A DNA stretch of 64,000 nucleotides from an uncultured Rikenellaceae bacterium (lineage in GTDB: Bacteria > Bacteroidota > Bacteroidia > Bacteroidales > VadinHA17). Below the pieces are notes generated by a model, which was not told the origin of the DNA, searched no databases, and saw only the letters and a list, made by a program, of their open reading frames with translations. The position numbers were made by a program, and so were the translations under genes. Each line of letters starts with the position of its first letter. Position 1 is the stretch's first letter. Of the stretch, positions 28,800 through 37,713 are shown piece by piece. The stretch covers positions 66,881 through 130,880 of the forward strand of contig CAZEUL010000004.1 in assembly GCA_964514725.1 (NCBI GenBank). Reading direction: 5' to 3'.

Positions 28800-30329
28800 A
28801 TGTTAAAATATCCCGGAAAATCATTACTGATCCCAGCTTTAATCAGTGCTGCTTCCACCTCATGCGCATCATCAAAATCAAATGATAAACCCAATATAAT
28901 AATCATCTACGCCGACGACCTCGGTTATGGAGATGTAAGCTGTTATGGTGCAAAAAGTTTACTTACTCCAAATATTGATCGTCTTGCCAATCAGGGACTA
29001 AAATTCACAAATGCTTATTGCACATCCGCAACAAGCACACCTTCAAGATATTCCCTGCTTACCGGAGAATACGCATGGAGAAGAAAGGGTACGGGGATTG
29101 CCCCAGGTGATGCTTCTGCAATCATAAAACCTGGAAGAGTTACGATTGCTTCAATGCTGAAATCTGCAGGTTATACTACAGGAGTTGTCGGTAAATGGCA
29201 TCTAGGACTTGGTCCTGAAGGAGGTCCTGACTGGAATGGTGAAATAAAACCAGGTCCGGAAGACATAGGATTTGATTATAGCTTTATAATTCCAGCAACT
29301 GGCGACAGAGTCCCATGTGTCTATGTTGAAAACAGAAGGGTGGTGGGGCTTGACCCCTCAGATCCAATAATGATAAATTATGAAAAAAAAATCGGTAACT
29401 GGCCAACAGGAAAGGAGAATCCTGAACTATTGAAAATGCATCCAAGCCATGGTCATGATATGACAATCGTAAACGGTATAAGCCGGATAGGTTATATGAC
29501 CGGTGGAAAATCTGCCCTGTGGACTGATGAAAATATGGCCGACATGATAACAGGCAAAGCGGTAAACTTTATCAGGGAAAACAAAGAAAAACCTTTTTTC
29601 CTATATTTTGCCACACACGACATTCATGTCCCAAGAGTTCCGAACCAGCGATTTTCGGGCGCAAGTGGTATGGGACCAAGGGGTGATGCTATTGTTGAAT
29701 TTGACTGGTCGGTCGGACAGATTATGAAGGTTATCGATGATCTTCGGCTTTCGGACAAAACATTGATCATTGTGACCAGCGATAACGGTCCTGTTATTGA
29801 TGACGGATATAAGGATTATGCAGTTGAACTGCTGGGAAATCACAAACCGGCCGGGCCACTGAGAGGAGGTAAGTACAGCGCTTTCGAAGGAGGAACAAGG
29901 ATCATCTTCATTGTAAAATGGAAAGATCACATCAAGCCGGAATTATCCAAGGCCCTGTTCAGCCAGATTGATCTTATAGCATCATTTGCTGAACTTGTGA
30001 AACAAAAACTTCCGGAAGGATCAGCACCCGACAGTTTTAACCAGTTGTCAACATTACTTGGAAAGAATAAAGTTGGCAGGGAATGGATAGTGGAACAAGC
30101 ATTAAATAACAGGCTGTCCATCATTAAAAATAACTGGAAGTTTATTGAACCCGGACCGGGTGAAAAACTCTACACTCTTACAAACACTGAATCGGGAAAT
30201 GATATGCTGCCTCAGCTTTATGACTTAGCCTCCGATATCGGAGAGAAGAATAACGTTGCGGAGCAGCATCAGAATGTTGTTAAAGAATTAACAGAACTGC
30301 TTTTCAGGATAAAAAATAATAAAAACTGA
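28800..30329 (+). CDS. sulfatase (S1 family), Ser-type
   Basis: Contains NIIIIYADDLGYGD, the FGly motif S-T-P-S-R-YSLLTG, and the GKWHLG and SDNGP blocks. The start is trimmed to ATG 28800 (MLKYPGKSLLIPALISAASTSCAS); the track starts at TTG 28764. Confidence 0.9.
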   Translation: MLKYPGKSLLIPALISAASTSCASSKSNDKPNIIIIYADDLGYGDVSCYGAKSLLTPNIDRLANQGLKFTNAYCTSATSTPSRYSLLTGEYAWRRKGTGIAPGDASAIIKPGRVTIASMLKSAGYTTGVVGKWHLGLGPEGGPDWNGEIKPGPEDIGFDYSFIIPATGDRVPCVYVENRRVVGLDPSDPIMINYEKKIGNWPTGKENPELLKMHPSHGHDMTIVNGISRIGYMTGGKSALWTDENMADMITGKAVNFIRENKEKPFFLYFATHDIHVPRVPNQRFSGASGMGPRGDAIVEFDWSVGQIMKVIDDLRLSDKTLIIVTSDNGPVIDDGYKDYAVELLGNHKPAGPLRGGKYSAFEGGTRIIFIVKWKDHIKPELSKALFSQIDLIASFAELVKQKLPEGSAPDSFNQLSTLLGKNKVGREWIVEQALNNRLSIIKNNWKFIEPGPGEKLYTLTNTESGNDMLPQLYDLASDIGEKNNVAEQHQNVVKELTELLFRIKNNKN

Positions 30330-30349
30330 CAAATAAAATTATAAGAATT

Positions 30350-31855
30350 ATGTTTATCACCAGGCTAAAACCAGCCATCGGAATAGGAGTTGCAGCTTCT
30401 GTACCGCTTTCTTCATGCCACCATACAATGAAGACAGAAAAGTCGTTACCAAATATTGTATTTATTCTTGTTGACGATTACGGTTACAGTGATGCAGGCT
30501 GCTACGGCAGTAAATTCTATGAAACGCCAAATATAGACAGGCTTGCAAGGCAGGGAATCAGGTTTACAAATGCCTATGCAGCTTGCCCTGTCTCTTCTCC
30601 AACAAGAGCTTCAATATTGACAGGGAAATATCCGGTAAACACCGGGATTACTGAATGGATACCAGGTAGACAGGCCACAAATTACGGTGCACCTTATGAT
30701 AAACTTCTCCCTCTGCCTTTTAAACAGCAACTCGATCTTGAAGAGGTAACAATTGCAGAAATGCTGAAGACCAGAGGCTATGCAACAATGATATCAGGCA
30801 AATGGCATTTAGGTGAGGATTCGCTATTCTGGCCTGAAAATCAGGGCTTTGACATTAATAAAGGTGGGTATAAAGCCGGACAACCATTCATTACCTCAAA
30901 GTCAAACGGATATTTCTCCCCTTATGGAAATCCCAGACTCGAAGATGGACCTGTTGGCGAATATCTCACAGACCGTCAGACAGATGAAGCTGTCAAATTC
31001 ATTGAAACCCATAAAAACAAACCTTTCTTCCTGTACCTTTCTTATTATGCGGTTCACAATCCTTTGCAGGCAAAAGAATCGCACATCAGAAAATTTTCTG
31101 CCAAGGCCGATTCATTGGGCTTGAATAAAATTGAAGCATTTACAAGAGATCGGGATTGGATCAAACCTTCTATGTCAGATAACTTCAAGGAGCGTATAAT
31201 ACAGAGTAATCCTGTATATGCAGCTATGATCTGGAGTATGGACGAAAATGTAGGAAAGGTTCTTGCGAAGCTTGATGAACTTGGAATTGCAAAGAATACG
31301 TTGGTTATTTTTACATCAGACAACGGAGGGCTGTCAACTTCAGAAGGTTCTCCTACTTGCAACTATCCGCTTAGAGCCGGAAAAGGATGGCTTTATGAAG
31401 GAGGGATACGCGTACCTCTTATTGTCAGGGCACCCTGGATAAAGACTTCTCTGACAGAAATAAGCTGTCCCGTCTCATCTATAGACTTCTTCCCAACAAT
31501 TGCTGAATTGACAGGCTCAAGTATAAATGATGAAAATATCGACGGTGTAAGCTTCCTGCAGACCCTGACTACCGGACAGCTTAAGGAAAGACCGCTATTC
31601 TGGCATTACCCTCATTATTCCAATCAGGGTGTTGAACCCGGCAGTGCAGTGAGAATTGGTAAATACAAACTTATTGACAATTTTGAAAAGGAAAGGCAGG
31701 AGCTCTATGATCTGGAAAATGATGCCTCTGAGACTACTGATATAGCATCATCAAACCCCGACATAAAAGAAGAATTATATAAAATATTGAAAGATTGGAG
31801 GTTAAAAACTAGGGCAAAAATGATGGAACCAAATCCAAACTGGAATAAAAATTAA
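30350..31855 (+). CDS. sulfatase (S1 family), Ser-type
   Basis: Contains NIVFILVDDYGYSD, the FGly motif S-S-P-T-R-ASILTG, and the GKWHLG and SDNGG blocks. Confidence 0.9.
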   Translation: MFITRLKPAIGIGVAASVPLSSCHHTMKTEKSLPNIVFILVDDYGYSDAGCYGSKFYETPNIDRLARQGIRFTNAYAACPVSSPTRASILTGKYPVNTGITEWIPGRQATNYGAPYDKLLPLPFKQQLDLEEVTIAEMLKTRGYATMISGKWHLGEDSLFWPENQGFDINKGGYKAGQPFITSKSNGYFSPYGNPRLEDGPVGEYLTDRQTDEAVKFIETHKNKPFFLYLSYYAVHNPLQAKESHIRKFSAKADSLGLNKIEAFTRDRDWIKPSMSDNFKERIIQSNPVYAAMIWSMDENVGKVLAKLDELGIAKNTLVIFTSDNGGLSTSEGSPTCNYPLRAGKGWLYEGGIRVPLIVRAPWIKTSLTEISCPVSSIDFFPTIAELTGSSINDENIDGVSFLQTLTTGQLKERPLFWHYPHYSNQGVEPGSAVRIGKYKLIDNFEKERQELYDLENDASETTDIASSNPDIKEELYKILKDWRLKTRAKMMEPNPNWNKN

Positions 31856-31867
31856 AACAAAATATTT

Positions 31868-33346
31868 ATGATAAAATTAAGTACCTCATTGGCTGCAGGA
31901 GCAGTGTCGATTGTCGCTATTAATGCTTCCGCACAAAAGCCATTGGCTTTTAAGGTTTCCACTCCGAATATCATCATTATTCTCATGGATGACATGGGTT
32001 ATGGTGATATTGGCAGGACAGGAGCAAATCAGTATGAAACACCAAATTTGAACAGGCTTGCAAATCAGGGAATGCAGTTCACCTGGTATTATTGCCCACA
32101 AGCGGTAAGCAGCGCCTCCAGAGCAGGTCTCCTGACCGGTTGTTATCCCAACCGGATTGGGATTTCAGGCGCTTTAATGCCCTGGTCAGTTAACGGAATC
32201 AATCCTGAAGAAACAACAATTGCAGAAGTATTGAAAACAAAAGGCTATCATACGGGAGTAATTGGGAAATGGCATCTTGGACATCAACGCGAATTTCTTC
32301 CTCTTCAACATGGTTTTGATGAATACTACGGTTTACCATATTCAAACGATATGTGGCCGGTAGACTACGATGGGATCCCTATTCGCCTGAAGGATACTGC
32401 CAGCACTAAGATGAAATACCCGCCTCTTCCCCTGATTGAAGGCAATGATAAAATAGGAGAGGTTAAAGATTTATCAGGGCAGGACAAGCTCACAACTGAA
32501 TATACCAGGAGAGCAGTAAAATTCATAGAAGATAACAGAAAAGAACCTTTCTTTCTTTACTTCCCTCAGTCGATGGTGCATGTCCCATTGGGAGTATCAG
32601 ATAAATTCAGGGGAAAAAGCAGGCAGGGAATGTATGGGGATGTAATGATGGAAGTAGACTGGTCAGTCGGAGAGATAATGAAAGCAGTCGAAAGAAACGG
32701 TCTGGAGAAAAACACTCTGATTATCTTTACAAGCGACAACGGACCATGGTTGAACTTTGGTAATCACGCCGGCACAACTGGCGGATTGCGGGAAGGCAAA
32801 GGTACAACCTGGGAGGGCGGTCAGCGGGTACCATGTATTATGAAATGGACAGGCGTTATACCAGCTGGAGAAATCTGCAACAGACTGGCATCTTCAATTG
32901 ACCTTCTCCCAACCATAGCTGCCATTACAGGCGCCAAGCTTCCAGAGAAGAAAATAGACGGGGTCAATATTCTGCAGCTGTTGCTGGGAAACAAAGAAGC
33001 TGTTCCCAGGCACGAATTACTTTACTATTACAGGGAAAACAGTCTTGAAGCCGTTCAAATCGATTACTGGAAACTTGTGCTTCCTCATACGAGTTACCAA
33101 TCATACAGGTACATGAAACCGGGAAAAGATGGATGGCCTGGTCCTGTTACCACAGAGACTGTTTATACCACTGAACTTTACGATCTCAGAAGAGATCCAG
33201 GAGAATGGTATGATGTTGCAAATCTTTACCCGGAAAAGGTAATGGAACTTGAGGCTCTTGCAAATAGGGCACGTCTTGATCTCGGGGATGAAAACACCGG
33301 AGTAAAAGGTGCAAACAGAAGAAAAGCCGGATCATTAAAACAATAA
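31868..33346 (+). CDS. sulfatase (S1 family), Ser-type with an S-x-A-x-R variant motif
   Basis: Contains NIIIILMDDMGYGD and the FGly motif S-S-A-S-R-AGLLTG, with Ala in place of the usual Pro. The GKWHLG and SDNGP blocks are present. Confidence 0.9.
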   Translation: MIKLSTSLAAGAVSIVAINASAQKPLAFKVSTPNIIIILMDDMGYGDIGRTGANQYETPNLNRLANQGMQFTWYYCPQAVSSASRAGLLTGCYPNRIGISGALMPWSVNGINPEETTIAEVLKTKGYHTGVIGKWHLGHQREFLPLQHGFDEYYGLPYSNDMWPVDYDGIPIRLKDTASTKMKYPPLPLIEGNDKIGEVKDLSGQDKLTTEYTRRAVKFIEDNRKEPFFLYFPQSMVHVPLGVSDKFRGKSRQGMYGDVMMEVDWSVGEIMKAVERNGLEKNTLIIFTSDNGPWLNFGNHAGTTGGLREGKGTTWEGGQRVPCIMKWTGVIPAGEICNRLASSIDLLPTIAAITGAKLPEKKIDGVNILQLLLGNKEAVPRHELLYYYRENSLEAVQIDYWKLVLPHTSYQSYRYMKPGKDGWPGPVTTETVYTTELYDLRRDPGEWYDVANLYPEKVMELEALANRARLDLGDENTGVKGANRRKAGSLKQ

Positions 33347-33348
33347 CT

Positions 33349-35028
33349 ATGAAAAGGCTTACATCAGTAATTGGAAGCATAAGCTTAATATCACATCTGG
33401 CAACAAATGGAGCATGCCAGCAGCCGCAGAAACGCCCCAACATACTCTGGATCTCCACTGAAGATATGAGCCCCCACCTGGGATGCTATGGAGACAAGGT
33501 TGCCAAAACCCCAAACATAGATCGCCTTGCTTCACAGGGTATCCGCTATACTAACGTATTCACAACTGCCGCTATCAGCGCTCCGTGCCGAGCCGGAATT
33601 ATTACCGGAATGTACCAGACGTCAATTGGGTGCATGCATATGAGGACCACTTCATACAGAAGATCGGTGGATAATCCGATTGAATTTACAGCAGTTCCAC
33701 CTCATTATGTAAAAACCTTTACCGAATATCTCCGCACTGCCGGCTATTATTGTACAAACAATGCAAAAACTGATTATCAGTTTGCCAAAGATCCTGTTCC
33801 TGTAAGTATCTGGGACGAATGCGGCCAAAAGGCACATTACAGAAACAGGCCTGACAAAAATCAACCTTTTTTTTCTGTGTTCAATTACCTTGGTACCCAC
33901 GAAAGCCAGAACTGGGACATAACAAATGTCAAAACTGATCCCCGGAAAGTAATTGTTCCCCCTTATTACCCTGATAATGAAATAATCAGAAAAAACATTG
34001 CAAAAATGTATGACAATATTGCACGTCTCGATTCTATTGTCGGCGTATTGCTGAATGAACTTGAAAAGGAGGGAGAACTAAAAAATACAATAATCTTTTT
34101 CTGGGGTGATCATGGAGATGGCCTGCCCAGATCCAAAAGATGGCTTTACGATTCCGGATTAAATATCCCGTTAATCATTAAATGGCCTGATAATTCCAAT
34201 TCCGGAACTGTGGATGATCGCCTTATTAGTTCCATAGATTTTGGACCAACAGTGCTGTCTCTGGCAGGAGTTCCCGTCCCTTCACACATGCAGGGTATCC
34301 CCTTCCTTGGTAACCAGGCAGGCAAACCACGGGATGCTGTATTCGCTGCCCGCGACAGAGTCGATGAATCCTATGATATGATACGGTCAGTAAGAACAAA
34401 AAGATATCTCTACATTCGTAACTTTTATCCGAACGAACCATTCAATATCTGGGTTCCCTATCTGAACAATATGCCTATTTATAAGGAAATGCTGAGGCTT
34501 GATGCGGAAGGCAGACTTTCTGGCCCTCAGAAAAGCTGGATGGCCTATAGTCGTCCTCCTGAGGAACTTTATGATATTAAAACAGATCCTTATCAGATAA
34601 ATAATCTTGCAAACGATCCGAAATTATGCGGGATCCTTGAAGAAATGAGGAAACGCCAGATTGAATGGACAATAGAGACTTCTGATATGGGACACCTTAA
34701 TGAACCCGAGATGATTGAACAGATGTGGCCGGGAGGGATTCAGCCTGTAACTGACGTACCATATTTTATAGTTAACTCTCCTGAGGAACGGGCATCAAAA
34801 AACTCTAAGACCGGAGGAACCTACTCCTCACCAATGACTTTAAGCTTCTATTGCTCTACTCATGGCGCTTCAATTGTTTATACACTTGAAGAGGTAGCGG
34901 ATCCTCACTGGAACCTCTATTCCGGACCCTTGCATCTTAAACCTGGCACTTACAATTTCAGGATAAAGGCAGTAAGATACGGTTATAAGGATAGTGGAGA
35001 AATAACCGGCTCATTTATAATTAAATAG
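33349..35028 (+). CDS. sulfatase (S1 family), Ser-type, with an extra C-terminal beta-sandwich-like domain
   Basis: Contains NILWISTEDMSPHLGCYG, the FGly motif S-A-P-C-R-AGIITG and GDHGDGLPRSKRW. A C-terminal extension of about 90 aa (YSSPMTLSFYCSTHGASIVYTLEE...YNFRIKAVRYGYKDS) resembles chitobiase/FN3-associated C-terminal domains. Confidence 0.85.
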   Translation: MKRLTSVIGSISLISHLATNGACQQPQKRPNILWISTEDMSPHLGCYGDKVAKTPNIDRLASQGIRYTNVFTTAAISAPCRAGIITGMYQTSIGCMHMRTTSYRRSVDNPIEFTAVPPHYVKTFTEYLRTAGYYCTNNAKTDYQFAKDPVPVSIWDECGQKAHYRNRPDKNQPFFSVFNYLGTHESQNWDITNVKTDPRKVIVPPYYPDNEIIRKNIAKMYDNIARLDSIVGVLLNELEKEGELKNTIIFFWGDHGDGLPRSKRWLYDSGLNIPLIIKWPDNSNSGTVDDRLISSIDFGPTVLSLAGVPVPSHMQGIPFLGNQAGKPRDAVFAARDRVDESYDMIRSVRTKRYLYIRNFYPNEPFNIWVPYLNNMPIYKEMLRLDAEGRLSGPQKSWMAYSRPPEELYDIKTDPYQINNLANDPKLCGILEEMRKRQIEWTIETSDMGHLNEPEMIEQMWPGGIQPVTDVPYFIVNSPEERASKNSKTGGTYSSPMTLSFYCSTHGASIVYTLEEVADPHWNLYSGPLHLKPGTYNFRIKAVRYGYKDSGEITGSFIIK

Positions 35029-35097
35029 CCAATAAAATTTCAGATAATAGAATGCTCTTGCCCAAATTTGCACATAAAGAACTTAATTTAGTGATCA

Positions 35098-36669
35098 ATG
35101 CGATTAAATTTTAAATTTACCTCAGCTGTAGGGATCAGTGCTGCTTTAAGTCAGCTTTCTCTGTCACAATCTCTCCAGAATCAGCATCCGAATATAATCT
35201 GCATAATGTCGGACGATCACGCTTACCAGGCCATCAGTGCGTATGGAGGTATTTTAAAGGATTATGCACCAACACCAAATATCGACAGGATCGCAAGGAG
35301 TGGCATGATCTTTAACAGATGTTTAGTAACTAATTCTATATCAGGTCCTTGCAGAGCAGTTATTCTGACTGGAAAGTACAGTCATAAAAACGGTTTTCTT
35401 GCAAATGAACACCAGAAGCCCTTTGATGGATCTCAGCAGACCTTTCCAAAACTCCTTCAAAAGGCTGGCTATAATACAGCGATTATTGGAAAATGGCACC
35501 TTGGATCTGAGCCAACAGGATTTGACCACTGGGAAATACTTCCCGGCCAGGGCCATTACTACAACCCTGAATTTATTAACGAACAGGGGCAGCATACCGA
35601 AAAGGGTTATGTAACAGAACTGATTACCGAAAAATGTCTGAAATGGCTCGACGAGGCTAAAAGCGCGGGCAGGCCATTTATGCTTTTGATGCATCATAAA
35701 GCTCCTCATAGGGAATGGCAGCCCGGTCCTAATGAACTTGCATTGTACAAAAACGTCATATTTCCAGAACCTCCCACACTCTTCGATGATTATTCAGAAA
35801 GAGGTGCTGCAGAAAAAGAACAGGATATGACAATATCCAAAACAATGCGTATCGAAGAGGATCTTAAGCTGTACAAAGACAGGTCAAAAATGAAAAACAC
35901 AGGTCTTGACAGAATGGATCAGAAACAGATGGCAGATTGGGACAAGGCATATAATCCGATTATCGCCAGATTCTATGGAGCTAATTTATCGCAAAGAGAC
36001 CTTGTTCGGTTCAAGTATCAGCGTTACCTCCAGGATTACCTTGCATGCATAGCCGGAGTTGACAAAAGTGTCGGTCAGATCCTTGATTATCTTAAAGCCA
36101 ACGGCCTTGATAAAAATACCATTGTAATTTACACCTCAGATCAGGGCTTCTATCTTGGAGAACATGGCTGGTTCGATAAGAGATGGATGTTTGAGGAATC
36201 ATACAGAACTCCTCTGCTTATTCAATGGCCGGAAGTTATCAGGCCGGGAACCATTAATAATGACATGGTTTCAAATATTGACCTTGCTGAAACTTTCCTG
36301 GAAATAGCCGGTGTTGAAATTCCAACAGACATGCAGGGTAGAAGTCTTGTTCCGGTTTTAAAAGGAAAAACTCCTTCAAACTGGCGCAAGGAACATTATT
36401 ACCACTACTATGAGTATCCGGGATCTCACATGGTAAAACGTCATTACGGAATATGCACTGAACGTTACAAGCTAATTCATTTCTATTACGACATTGATGA
36501 ATGGGAATTGTTTGATCTCCAGACTGATCCGATGGAATTGAGAAATGTTTACAACCAGCCGGGATATGAAAGAATTAAAAAACACCTCCACACGAGATTA
36601 ACAAAACTGATGAGGAAGTATGGTGACAGTGATGATCTGGCCAGATCATTCATTCCACAAAAGAACTGA
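35098..36669 (+). CDS. sulfatase (S1 family), Ser-type; resembles N-acetylglucosamine-6-O-sulfatase / mucin-desulfating type
   Basis: Contains NIICIMSDDHAYQAISAYG, the FGly motif S-G-P-C-R-AVILTG and GKWHLG. The C-terminal block HYYHYYEYPGSHMVKRHYGICTERYKLIHFYYDIDEWELFDLQTDPMELRNVY is one I associate with S1_11-type GlcNAc-6-sulfatases. The subfamily call is recollection only. Confidence 0.8.
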   Translation: MRLNFKFTSAVGISAALSQLSLSQSLQNQHPNIICIMSDDHAYQAISAYGGILKDYAPTPNIDRIARSGMIFNRCLVTNSISGPCRAVILTGKYSHKNGFLANEHQKPFDGSQQTFPKLLQKAGYNTAIIGKWHLGSEPTGFDHWEILPGQGHYYNPEFINEQGQHTEKGYVTELITEKCLKWLDEAKSAGRPFMLLMHHKAPHREWQPGPNELALYKNVIFPEPPTLFDDYSERGAAEKEQDMTISKTMRIEEDLKLYKDRSKMKNTGLDRMDQKQMADWDKAYNPIIARFYGANLSQRDLVRFKYQRYLQDYLACIAGVDKSVGQILDYLKANGLDKNTIVIYTSDQGFYLGEHGWFDKRWMFEESYRTPLLIQWPEVIRPGTINNDMVSNIDLAETFLEIAGVEIPTDMQGRSLVPVLKGKTPSNWRKEHYYHYYEYPGSHMVKRHYGICTERYKLIHFYYDIDEWELFDLQTDPMELRNVYNQPGYERIKKHLHTRLTKLMRKYGDSDDLARSFIPQKN

Positions 36670-36759
36670 AAAACTTTCCATGGAATATAATTCTCCAGGA
36701 ATATTCGGGTGTCACCTATTTGATGTTAGTTAAGTTATTAATTTACAATAATACAAGAT

Positions 36760-37692
36760 ATGAAAAGAATACTTCTCCCACTAATCCTGATGGTTTTTTA
36801 TATGCAGATGCCTGAGATAAACGGACAGGATTTTGTCCTTCCCCTCTATGAAGGTACTGTACCTAATTCAAAAAACACGGGCCAGTCTGAAAAAATCGAA
36901 AAAGGTGATATTATCGTGGTCAGCAACGTACAGACACCTGATATTTCAGTTTACCTCCCAAGTAAAAAGTTTGCAACCGGACAGGCTGTAATAATTTGCC
37001 CTGGAGGTGGATACCATATTCTTGCCTTTGATTATGAGGGTTCAGATATAGCAAGATTTTTTAACAGCATTGGGGTGGCTGCAATTGTACTGAAGTACAG
37101 GTTGCCTGTTTACGGTAATACAATTGAGCCTCATAAAGCTCCTCTGATGGATGCCCAACGGGCAATGAGACTTGTCCGCTTCAATGCCTCAAAATGGAAT
37201 ATCGAACCTGGTAAAATCGGGATTATGGGATTTTCAGCCGGAGGACATCTTGCTTCCACTCTTGGCACCCACTTTGACTATGGTAATAAGGATTCTTCTG
37301 ACCCTGTTGAAAGGATAAGCTGTCGTCCTGATTACATGATACTTATGTATCCGGTCATTTCTTTTACCGATCCGTCGGCACATGCAGGTTCTAAAGAAGC
37401 TCTCCTTGGGAAGAACGCAGACAACAGGTTGACAAAGTACTATTCAAATGAGCTGCAGGTAAAAGAAGATACTCCTCCTGCATTCTTTGTCCATGCTGAT
37501 AATGACAGCGGCGTTCCTGTAGAGAATACTCTTCTGATGTACAAGGCTCTCCGTGCAAAAAAGATCCCTGCAGAATTGCACATTATCTCAGAAGGTGAAC
37601 ATGGATTCGGCCTGGCAGTAAATAATGAACATATTGGTTCCTGGACTCAAAACCTTAAACTATGGCTCAAATGGATGAATTCAAGAAAATAA
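36760..37692 (+). CDS. alpha/beta-hydrolase esterase (carbohydrate-esterase/lipase-like), secreted
   Basis: Has a signal peptide. The oxyanion region is ICPGGGYHIL and the nucleophile elbow is GFSAGGHLAS. A late D...H pair is present (HADNDSGVP, GEHGF). Confidence 0.8.
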   Translation: MKRILLPLILMVFYMQMPEINGQDFVLPLYEGTVPNSKNTGQSEKIEKGDIIVVSNVQTPDISVYLPSKKFATGQAVIICPGGGYHILAFDYEGSDIARFFNSIGVAAIVLKYRLPVYGNTIEPHKAPLMDAQRAMRLVRFNASKWNIEPGKIGIMGFSAGGHLASTLGTHFDYGNKDSSDPVERISCRPDYMILMYPVISFTDPSAHAGSKEALLGKNADNRLTKYYSNELQVKEDTPPAFFVHADNDSGVPVENTLLMYKALRAKKIPAELHIISEGEHGFGLAVNNEHIGSWTQNLKLWLKWMNSRK

Positions 37693-37713
37693 TCAATAAC
37701 AAAACATTCTCAG

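Noticed and set aside
27297-36669. Ser-type formylglycine motifs in all six sulfatases as a novelty in itself
   Set aside because: Ser-type sulfatases matured by anSME are well known in anaerobic Bacteroidota. It is kept as a descriptive point only.
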